DNA of 55,611 nucleotides from Bdellovibrionales bacterium RIFOXYD12_FULL_39_22 (GTDB taxonomy: Bacteria; Bdellovibrionota; Bacteriovoracia; Bacteriovoracales; Bacteriovoracaceae). The notes below the pieces were generated by a model that was given only the letters and a program-made list of their open reading frames with translations, ran no database searches and was not told the DNA's origin. Numbering within the stretch: position 1 is the stretch's first letter; each line of letters begins with the position of its first letter. The translations under genes and the position numbers were made by a program. Below are positions 10,696-18,909 of this stretch, one piece after another. The stretch covers positions 1 to 55,611 of the forward strand of contig MEQL01000010.1 in NCBI GenBank assembly GCA_001770205.1, read 5' to 3'.

Positions 10696-11100
10696 TTAGT
10701 TTACGTCGTGATCAAATTTCTTCAACCAATCCAAATCGCCCTTTTTCCAGACGTAGATAAACCCCAAGAGGAGAATGACTATAAAGGTAGCAAGTTCCGC
10801 ATAGGCCAGGCCAGCATGTCCCTGCTTAATCCAAGAAGAAAAAACCTTGGCCACCGGGAAGGTGAAAGAAATTTCCACATCAAAAATCACAAAGATCAAA
10901 GCTATAATGTAGAAACGCGGATTAAAGTTAAACCAAGCATCACCAATTGGACGCTCTCCGCACTCATAAACAGATCTTTTCTCTTGAGAGCTGCGAGAGG
11001 GACGCAAAAATCTTCCCAGCAGTAAGACTGCAAAAACAAAAAGAGCGGCAAGTGATAAAAAGACAATTACAGAGACAAAACTAAAACCATATTCCGTCAT
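10696..11100 (-). CDS. nuoA: NADH-quinone oxidoreductase subunit A
   Basis: YECGE, RFYIIALIFVIFDVE, YVWKKGDLDW. Confidence 0.95.
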   Translation of the reverse strand: MTEYGFSFVSVIVFLSLAALFVFAVLLLGRFLRPSRSSQEKRSVYECGERPIGDAWFNFNPRFYIIALIFVIFDVEISFTFPVAKVFSSWIKQGHAGLAYAELATFIVILLLGFIYVWKKGDLDWLKKFDHDVN

Positions 11101-11139
11101 AGGTAAAACTTTGTTTTAAGAATGTTATTAATGCGAGTA

Positions 11140-11168
11140 AAATTATCGGATTAAAAAGTATTTGGCAA
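11140..11168 (-). promoter_or_regulatory. Possible sigma70 promoter of the nuo operon (TTGCCA-N17-TAATTT)
   Basis: Minus-strand TTGCCA at 11168-11163, 17-nt spacer, TAATTT at 11145-11140, 40 bp upstream of nuoA. Confidence 0.3.
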
Positions 11169-11261
11169 CATTTTATTTTTAAAAAATTTTTTTTAATTTT
11201 TACCAAATCTATTCAACTGATCGGAAAAATCCTCCGCATACCATTCTGAAAAAAAATTGAC

Positions 11262-11288
11262 TAAGTCATAGACAACCTTTTCCGATAA
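11262..11288 (+). promoter_or_regulatory. Possible sigma28/FliA-like promoter (TAAGTCAT-N11-TCCGATAA)
   Basis: Resembles TAAAGTTT-N11-GCCGATAA with exact spacing; overlaps the palindrome TGACT-A-AGTCA (11258-11268). Confidence 0.3.
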
Positions 11289-11331
11289 AATCTTGTCTCA
11301 TATGTCCGGGGATATGCGAGGTATCTTATAT

Positions 11332-14286
11332 ATGAAATTTTACAAGTTTTCAGGCCTGTTGTTATTTCTTCTAATTCTCACCATCAGCGGAATCGACCTC
11401 ATAACCATTCCAGCGGAATATTCCACGCCCCACTCTTCCTCGCGCGAAATTGCCAGCACCATCTCCGCCGAAGAAGATGCCGGCCCTAAATTTGTACGGA
11501 CAGTAAGAGTCTTGGAGGCCGCCCCACTAGATAGCGGCGCAGCTCTTGCCTATTTTGATCAATCCCTGGCAGATATTTTAGGAATCTCACTACCACCCGG
11601 AAGTGTTGGCGATGCTGATTTTGAACGCGCAGTTCTGGAAAAATTTGGATTTGAAATACGTATCGGAAGTGAAGTGGAAAGCAAAAGTGCAGAACGCTTT
11701 AGTGCCGACGGAGCACCTAAAATCTTTGTGGAATACGACGACTTTGGCGGCTCTGGGCGGGCCGGATATATTTCTGTAGGAGATGATGTTTGGGTTAATG
11801 TAAAAGGGATTGGCCAAACTGGGGCCGGAAGGTCAACGGAAGTGGGCCCGCCTTCTTCTTCTTTTTCTAGCCATAAAGATGGCTCTGCTACGCTGGAAGA
11901 GGCAATTAAAGAGGCCATCTATGCCCGAATGAGTGATCTGGAATCAAAAAAAGGCGGAGGAAGAGTTTTGGCCATCATTACTACCGGGAGAGTGATTAAA
12001 TATCCCGATGGCAACGAAGTTCCACTTGCACTGATTGTGCGCGCTCCGGTCCGCAGAATGGATCAGGGCGCAGAATCAATGGAAGCAATTGGCGAGAATA
12101 TCGCCATGTTAAACAGCATCAAAGTTTTAAAAGGTGATTTTGTAAATCCATCCAATATGGGTGCTCATGGTGAAGTGGTGGATATGGGATGTATAACTTA
12201 CGTTGGAGGATATTTAAACGGTGCCAGTTCCCAAGGACGAAGTTTATCTGGTGCAGGAAACCGTGGACAATCGCTCTTAAACGATGGCACCAATTTTATC
12301 GAAGGAAGTATCAACCATCGCTTCGGCCACTATCTACTTTTACAGCAAGGCATCCCCGAAGCAGATGCTAACTTGGTGAATGATGACGCACTGAAAGAGC
12401 GTTTTGGCCAAAGTCTAAAATCCATAATTGATTTGCAACAAGAATTTTTAATCGACTTTCAACACATTGATGAACATAATTTACAAGAAGTAGTGGATCT
12501 CTCTGGCCATTTTCAAAATATCGCCGCGGACTTTTTCCAAGGAGGATTTGAAGATCTGGAGGGATTCATTGCAGATAAAAGCGAATATCTTCTTAGTACT
12601 GCCTCGCATTCAGACTATAATAACTTAGATGAAATTGTAGAAAATTTTGTTCGCACAAATGTTTCACTCTTAGAGGCCTTACGCCTAAGAATGAAAACAA
12701 CTAACCTTACAAGCTATTCAAAAAAGATAAGGGCAGTTGCCTCCTTTAAAAATCGCAAACACCCAGAACTTATCCGGCCCAATCTAGTTAACGCCACTGG
12801 CGAATTGGTTAAATCTTTTCTTAGAAACAAAAATCCTCAAAACGTACAAGAATTTATTGATAACACTATCCGCAATAATATTCTGGGAACCAGTGCCGTA
12901 CTTGATAATGATTTTTTGATTCGGGCAAACGAACACAGCACTGAACTTTTTATACGGGCCTTTAAAGATAAAAATGGGGGCAACAAACTTTTTGCACAAC
13001 CCAAACTACGTGGGGCCATGCCCGGAGAACAATTTTTCTTTCGCCTTACTACTGATGATTGGAAAAGTAGCAAGGACTTTGTTGGGAAATTCATCGAAAC
13101 ATCTCGCGGAAATTATTTTAAAATTGTGATCCCCCACGATGAAATGCCAGTTACTTGGGCACCAATTCAAATGACACCTTTTGTAAAAACTAATAAAGGA
13201 GAAATCGCCTGGTTAAAAAACGGATTTAATCTGCGAGGGCCTCCCCTTATGATCAATGAACGGTTACACTTATCGGCCAATTTTGAACGCAGTGCTGATG
13301 GTATGAGAAATTTTTTTGGTCTACCGATTTCCATGCAACCAGAGGATTTAGACGAAGGCAAATTTATAACGCCCAAAGAATTTCACAACGAGTGGTTTAA
13401 AAAACGGGTGGCCTATTATAAAAAGGCCATTTACCTTAGCGATGCTGACTATCTGTCGCACAAAAATATTTTAAAAGAATTTTCGCAGTTTTTGGCAATA
13501 TCCTGGAGTGATATCAATTACAATAAACTTGTCAGCGCATTTGGGCCGCTGGCCTTGGTAGAACTACTTCTTATAAAACGCACCGACCCTATTACTTTAA
13601 CCGGAGAGATTAAAGGCTTTCAGGCCGATATAATGCCTCCTGAAGTAAAAAAATTGCTGGCCTCTTTACTACAAAATTCTGGAAAAACAGAAAAATCCAT
13701 TTTTGCTGAATTAGAAAATAGTTCTCAGCAAAAAATAAAAGAATTTGAAACGCAAACAGCGGCCAAATACCCAGGAATTGAAAAAAGAGAATCAATCCGA
13801 CTCAAAGGCCGATTGCGCGCTCCTGACGCCATGGCCCCGGCAAATATTGATAAATCGCTTCAAGAAATTTTAAATTTTTTGAAGTATGACAAAAGCTACG
13901 ATGAAGAAATTTATTATCTAACTCTATCTACTTTCAAACACAATATTGAGGCCATTAATAATCACCTTATAACCAAAGAAATTATCCGAGAACTGCAAAA
14001 ACTTATGTTCAATAAAATCCTCCCTACTACCGATGGCCTCTCTATCTTAGATTTCATGCACTACAATGGCATGATGAAATTTATTGGCCTTTTAGAAATA
14101 TTGAGTGACAGTAAATGGCATCGAGAGCTTTTATCCGTTCAAGATAAAAAATTTCAGGCCAATCCCAAAAACCGTAAGGAAGACTTTAATCGCCAATCTC
14201 TCTATTTAAAAAAATATAGTGGCCCAGTACAGGCCACGCCGCCTAGCAGTTGTCACGCTGCCGCTATAAACATTGTCACTTTTTAG
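11332..14286 (+). CDS. Exported SelO/YdiU(MchC)-like pseudokinase (putative AMPylase) with CBM21-like domain and helical C-terminal region
   Basis: N-terminal signal/TM (MKFYKFSGLLLFLLIL). SelO-type motif order GGSGRA…VKGIGQT…DG…EAIKE…LAIITTG…ALIVR…NPSNM…VDMG; FRLTTDDWKSSKD…W resembles CBM21. ATG 11332 preceded by GAGG. Confidence 0.65.
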   Translation: MKFYKFSGLLLFLLILTISGIDLITIPAEYSTPHSSSREIASTISAEEDAGPKFVRTVRVLEAAPLDSGAALAYFDQSLADILGISLPPGSVGDADFERAVLEKFGFEIRIGSEVESKSAERFSADGAPKIFVEYDDFGGSGRAGYISVGDDVWVNVKGIGQTGAGRSTEVGPPSSSFSSHKDGSATLEEAIKEAIYARMSDLESKKGGGRVLAIITTGRVIKYPDGNEVPLALIVRAPVRRMDQGAESMEAIGENIAMLNSIKVLKGDFVNPSNMGAHGEVVDMGCITYVGGYLNGASSQGRSLSGAGNRGQSLLNDGTNFIEGSINHRFGHYLLLQQGIPEADANLVNDDALKERFGQSLKSIIDLQQEFLIDFQHIDEHNLQEVVDLSGHFQNIAADFFQGGFEDLEGFIADKSEYLLSTASHSDYNNLDEIVENFVRTNVSLLEALRLRMKTTNLTSYSKKIRAVASFKNRKHPELIRPNLVNATGELVKSFLRNKNPQNVQEFIDNTIRNNILGTSAVLDNDFLIRANEHSTELFIRAFKDKNGGNKLFAQPKLRGAMPGEQFFFRLTTDDWKSSKDFVGKFIETSRGNYFKIVIPHDEMPVTWAPIQMTPFVKTNKGEIAWLKNGFNLRGPPLMINERLHLSANFERSADGMRNFFGLPISMQPEDLDEGKFITPKEFHNEWFKKRVAYYKKAIYLSDADYLSHKNILKEFSQFLAISWSDINYNKLVSAFGPLALVELLLIKRTDPITLTGEIKGFQADIMPPEVKKLLASLLQNSGKTEKSIFAELENSSQQKIKEFETQTAAKYPGIEKRESIRLKGRLRAPDAMAPANIDKSLQEILNFLKYDKSYDEEIYYLTLSTFKHNIEAINNHLITKEIIRELQKLMFNKILPTTDGLSILDFMHYNGMMKFIGLLEILSDSKWHRELLSVQDKKFQANPKNRKEDFNRQSLYLKKYSGPVQATPPSSCHAAAINIVTF

Positions 14287-16528
14287 CAAAAAGCACAAAA
14301 AGTGCTGGCAGTAATAGCAAATCTGCCAATAGTGCAAATAGCAGGGAGCAAATCACAAACATCCCGGCCTGAGCATACATGCGAAGATCAGAAAGTAAAA
14401 AGCAGGGAAAGCTCAAAATCAGAACCATCGTAGTGCCAATAAGCGGGCGAGATGTTTGCGAGAAGGCCTTTTTTAGGCCTTCTAATATCGACAGCTTCTC
14501 AAAACGAGTATATTTTTTTAGCGAATAAAGATAGTGAATGGTATCATCCACCGCAATTCCCATTGTGATACAAACCAGCATAGAAAGCGTACTCTCCACC
14601 GGAACTTTAAAAAAACCCATAACACCACCGATAAAAAGTAATGGCACAATATTAGGAAGTATTCCCAATATTGCCCAGCGGATAGAACCAAAAATGAAGG
14701 CAAACATAATAACTATCGATACAAAACCAGTACTGACCGAATTGATAATACTGCTAATTAAATTAGTATCAATGAATGAACGCAAGCTGGCATTTCCCAT
14801 TATTTCTAAGGTAAAAAATTTACTATATTTTTCGTGGTGAATTTTTTTTATATTCTTAATAACCTCATCCACTGTTGACGAAGAAGGATCTTCTAAAAAA
14901 ATAATCGAGCGCGCCATATTATTTGACGGATTATAAAAATCTTCAAAAATGTTCATTCCCATCATCATTTCATAAAGGCTATCCAGGCGAACTTTTTTTG
15001 TCTCTTCAGAAAATTTTGAGTCTTTAAGGCCATCCGCAAAGGTATTTGACAAATAATCATAGAATTTAGGGTGCGATTTGATATACGAAACTTTTCTATC
15101 TTTTTCCAAATCCGTTTCAAATTCTTTAAGCTTTTGATGATTAAATGGATCAGAGGCCTGGCCTTTATTGCTAAACTTAATTCCCAAATCGACAGTATCT
15201 AGAAATTTAAAAATAGAGGTAAACTTCTCAATGGTAATAGTCATCGGATGTGTTTCGTTGAACTTATCAAAAAAACGATCATCTATGCGTAACTGTCCAG
15301 TAAAATAGATAAGCAGTAGCGAAAAAAAAGAAAACGATATTGTCACTAACTTGGGCCTTCGAATGACAAAAGAAAACATCTTTTGAAACATAAAAGATGG
15401 TAGTCCTTCTGATAGATAGTGGTTGAATTTAAAAAATTTAACGGAAGGCGGAAGTACATAGAACGTTATCAAAAAACATAAAATAGATCCAACCGATGAG
15501 TAAAGGCCTATATGCGCAATGGGCACTAATTTATTCGACATCAAAGAGACAAATCCAATTACGGTAGAAGCACTTGTCCAAAAACAGGGAACAATTATTT
15601 CCTTTCTAACAAAAAGTAGTTTTTCCTCTAAATCTTGTATGTCGGATTCCACAAATAGGGTAAAAAAGTGAATTAGATCGGCAGTAGAAATAATTAGAAC
15701 AAAAAAAATGGCAAATCCACTGTACGCACTCAATCCACCATTATGCCAAAAGATAAAATAGATCGTCAGAGAATACGCTAGCAGCATGGTAAAATAAAAC
15801 CACAAAACAATTTTAAAAGAGCGAAACAAAAATAGTAACAATCCTCCCAGAAGCAACAACAAAAGTGGTGTAATTGTCTTTTGTGTGCGCATAGCATCTT
15901 CAAAAATATAATATTCTGCGATTTTGGTACCAAGAAGATGAAAGTTCCATCCAGGAATCTGCTCATGCAAATGCCCGACCTGTTTAATCAGATTTGCCAC
16001 TGCAGTTCGCTCATTCTTTCCCATCACCTCTTTTTTAAAAAAACTTGTAATTAACAAGTGGCGGCCATCTGGAGAAATAAGGCGATATTTCCAAAAGTCC
16101 GTTTCCAATTGGGATTGTGCGACAGGAGAAATTATCCCATCATTTCCTAAAAAAGGGCCCATTTGAACAAAATTGCCTTTCACTTTTAAATACTCTGCAT
16201 TTTTTATGCTGAAAAGGGTTTCGATGTCCCTATTATTTCCAAGCAGTTTGTTCACTTTTTTTAGGGTATCTAGTAGTGGAAGCAGATTAGAAGATCCGCT
16301 TTCTGACTGCTCCATAAGAATTGAAAACGCACGTTCATTACCAAAAATTTTATCATATTTTTCATAGTTCACCCTGATCGGGTGTCCCTCTTGTAATAAA
16401 TCAGTCATTTTGAAAGGAAGACGAAACGAAGCAATATAAAGGGCCCCGCCTACAACTAAACTCCACCCGAACAAAAAAAGTGCCCGCTGCATGTAACTTC
16501 CCAACACCATGCCCATCTCTCCAAACAC
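14276..16528 (-). CDS. MMPL/RND-family lipid exporter
   Basis: Two repeats of TM + large extracytoplasmic loop + 5 TM; ISTADLIHF and GIAVDDTIHY motifs. Exact start uncertain. Confidence 0.85.
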   Translation of the reverse strand: MFGEMGMVLGSYMQRALFLFGWSLVVGGALYIASFRLPFKMTDLLQEGHPIRVNYEKYDKIFGNERAFSILMEQSESGSSNLLPLLDTLKKVNKLLGNNRDIETLFSIKNAEYLKVKGNFVQMGPFLGNDGIISPVAQSQLETDFWKYRLISPDGRHLLITSFFKKEVMGKNERTAVANLIKQVGHLHEQIPGWNFHLLGTKIAEYYIFEDAMRTQKTITPLLLLLLGGLLLFLFRSFKIVLWFYFTMLLAYSLTIYFIFWHNGGLSAYSGFAIFFVLIISTADLIHFFTLFVESDIQDLEEKLLFVRKEIIVPCFWTSASTVIGFVSLMSNKLVPIAHIGLYSSVGSILCFLITFYVLPPSVKFFKFNHYLSEGLPSFMFQKMFSFVIRRPKLVTISFSFFSLLLIYFTGQLRIDDRFFDKFNETHPMTITIEKFTSIFKFLDTVDLGIKFSNKGQASDPFNHQKLKEFETDLEKDRKVSYIKSHPKFYDYLSNTFADGLKDSKFSEETKKVRLDSLYEMMMGMNIFEDFYNPSNNMARSIIFLEDPSSSTVDEVIKNIKKIHHEKYSKFFTLEIMGNASLRSFIDTNLISSIINSVSTGFVSIVIMFAFIFGSIRWAILGILPNIVPLLFIGGVMGFFKVPVESTLSMLVCITMGIAVDDTIHYLYSLKKYTRFEKLSILEGLKKAFSQTSRPLIGTTMVLILSFPCFLLSDLRMYAQAGMFVICSLLFALLADLLLLPALFVLFAKK

Positions 16529-16640
16529 TGCAAGATTTGACCACTAAAAAAATTAAAAATAGTAGTATACAATTATCTAGCATATTTGGCCGTTAAATAG
16601 CAAAATTGTATTAACAAACTTTTTTCAGGGAGATTTTTGC

Positions 16641-18146
16641 ATGAAGAGCAGATTTTTTTACTCGATTATTTTTTTCGCCCTCTTAGCAATTGGATTTGGA
16701 ATCGGCCAATGGGCGGCAAATCCAGACAAATCTAATACCCGAGACGTGGCCAGTGGCCGCAAAATCTCTTCGGCCTCGGTAGAAGAGGATAATTTAATTT
16801 TTAAAATAAACGAGAAGATCTTGGCCATTCGCCACAAAGATGAAGTTATTCCTGCTATCAATGAAGTACTTGCTCTTTCTGAGAAAAATCCCGAAATGTA
16901 TAATCTGGCCATTTATGCTGCACTACTTCGTCCAGTCAAAGTAATGGAAGGGTTTCTCTGGCGCATGCGCGATATTGTTGAAACTTGCGGCACCTGTCAC
17001 GTTACCTCCCTAAATGCAATTAAAAGTTTTTATTTTCAAGATTACCTAGTTGGCCCTCACGTTATTGCCGTAATCAATTTTTTTGTTGAACCAAATATTA
17101 ATGAAGAAAAATTTCAAACAGTATCTGAGTTACAAGATTTTACAAAAAATGAAATGATTCCTGAACTGGAACTGGCCGCGGGTAAATTAAAGGCCATTGC
17201 TGATAAGCTTCCAGAAGATTATGTTTTTGAATTTGATAACTATCTGCTAAGTGGTTTGGATGAAGAACAAAATTTTCGCTATATCTCGGATGGCAGACGA
17301 TACAAAAAAGTCGTCAGAGGAAATCTAAAATATCTCATCGCACAAAAAGAGCGAGTGTTGGGACTACTCTACTTCGGAATAAACTATAACTTTGATGATG
17401 TAATGGCCTATATAAACAAGATCATTGAAAAAACGGCCATTAACAGCATTAAAAATAAATTATCCCTACCCTTTTTTAATAATCTAACCAAACACAATAC
17501 ACCTATTGAATTTTTAGATATTTTATCTTCGTCAAAATTTAATAAATTTGGAAGAAAACGCAGCGAGGTATTTACAGATGAAGAAATGCAAGCACATTTG
17601 CGAAAAGCGTTTGAACACCTAACTGCTGCCGCCAAATATCGTGCACAAGGATTGGAAGAATCATATCAGCAATCCGATATTTCAGTTGCCAAGGAATACC
17701 TCCTTAGGCCGACCATCTTTGAAGTTAACTATGAAGACTCTTTAGAAAATTTCAAACTCCGCTACAACATTTATAAAAAGGCCCTCGACACCGGAAAAGA
17801 TACTACCGTAACCAGCAAAGCAACTGGAATGCAATTTAGAGTTAACCCCTCCGCTTTTTTTAAACTACACAATGACCTAAAAACCTTTCTCCCTGAGAGA
17901 AAATTTGCACAAACTAATCGCGGGGGATTCATGGCAAACGAACGTGGAGAGTTGATCCGGCACAAAATTTCTGGAGATAAAATCTGGAAGTGGAACTATA
18001 ACTATGGCAAAGTGGTTTCATGGAAAGATCCAACTTTTGCCGGACTTCTTCCAGAAGCAACCAATGAAAACTTCTTCCAAGTATACCGTAGCATGCGTAT
18101 GACCCCGGCCACGCGGAGAATGGCGCTTGTTTTACCGCTTCTGTAA
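16641..18146 (+). CDS. Exported/membrane-anchored hypothetical protein with a single CxxCH motif
   Basis: GGGGAG RBS, N-terminal hydrophobic helix, RDVAS motif, CGTCH at 16986-17000. Confidence 0.7.
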   Translation: MKSRFFYSIIFFALLAIGFGIGQWAANPDKSNTRDVASGRKISSASVEEDNLIFKINEKILAIRHKDEVIPAINEVLALSEKNPEMYNLAIYAALLRPVKVMEGFLWRMRDIVETCGTCHVTSLNAIKSFYFQDYLVGPHVIAVINFFVEPNINEEKFQTVSELQDFTKNEMIPELELAAGKLKAIADKLPEDYVFEFDNYLLSGLDEEQNFRYISDGRRYKKVVRGNLKYLIAQKERVLGLLYFGINYNFDDVMAYINKIIEKTAINSIKNKLSLPFFNNLTKHNTPIEFLDILSSSKFNKFGRKRSEVFTDEEMQAHLRKAFEHLTAAAKYRAQGLEESYQQSDISVAKEYLLRPTIFEVNYEDSLENFKLRYNIYKKALDTGKDTTVTSKATGMQFRVNPSAFFKLHNDLKTFLPERKFAQTNRGGFMANERGELIRHKISGDKIWKWNYNYGKVVSWKDPTFAGLLPEATNENFFQVYRSMRMTPATRRMALVLPLL

Positions 18147-18909
18147 AAAATCTATTTTCTCCCAATTACGAGGGCCTCTTTTAGTGGCCCTCGTAATTTT
18201 TAACCCTCCATGCGTTGCTGGCGACGATAGTGTTGCTAGTTTCATTTGGAACTTGAAAATCATACAAGATAGTTATGATCTAAAAATCTCAATGGTGTTT
18301 CCTTTCGAAATAGGTATAAATAATGTAATCGCCGGCCTAAAAGATTTAAAACTGCTATCTGATATTTCTGAAACCATTGTGGACGGATCTATCTCTCCGA
18401 TTAAAGACGATGGATACCTGCAAACTTTGACACTTAAAAACTTAGGCATAAAAACCAAGTTAATTTCTAAATGCCAGGAAAAACGCGAAAGTACCTCTCA
18501 TCTGTGGCAACGCCATTGCGATCTATTAACTGATCGGGCGGCGGGCAAAATGGCCATGATCTGGAAATTTGATGAAGTAATCTGTAAGCAGCAAAGCAAT
18601 TTAGCTAACATAAATTGCCAATTTACTATCAAAGGCCAGGCCAAAGATTTAAAAATAATTGGAGTAACTTTGGCCACGGCCGCCGAAATTGCCCTCAAAG
18701 GAAAATATGAGGCACTTATAAATTTTAGCAGCATCTGGTACTATCTGCAGCAGGGGAGCCTCTCTTTTACCCAATCACAAGCGGTCTATAAAAGAACCAA
18801 GTTAAAAGAAAACTTAGACAAAATGTTCTCGAACGGAAAAACAAAACTAAAGACAGATGATTTTTTTATTTTTGAGTCCCATGACACTTTCACTTTAAAA
18901 ACTATCTAA
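18127..18909 (+). CDS. Exported hypothetical protein (possible START/SRPBCC-like fold)
   Basis: 260-aa ORF overlapping the upstream stop, signal-like hydrophobic stretch, several Cys; the fold guess is weak. Confidence 0.55.
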   Translation: MFYRFCKKSIFSQLRGPLLVALVIFNPPCVAGDDSVASFIWNLKIIQDSYDLKISMVFPFEIGINNVIAGLKDLKLLSDISETIVDGSISPIKDDGYLQTLTLKNLGIKTKLISKCQEKRESTSHLWQRHCDLLTDRAAGKMAMIWKFDEVICKQQSNLANINCQFTIKGQAKDLKIIGVTLATAAEIALKGKYEALINFSSIWYYLQQGSLSFTQSQAVYKRTKLKENLDKMFSNGKTKLKTDDFFIFESHDTFTLKTI

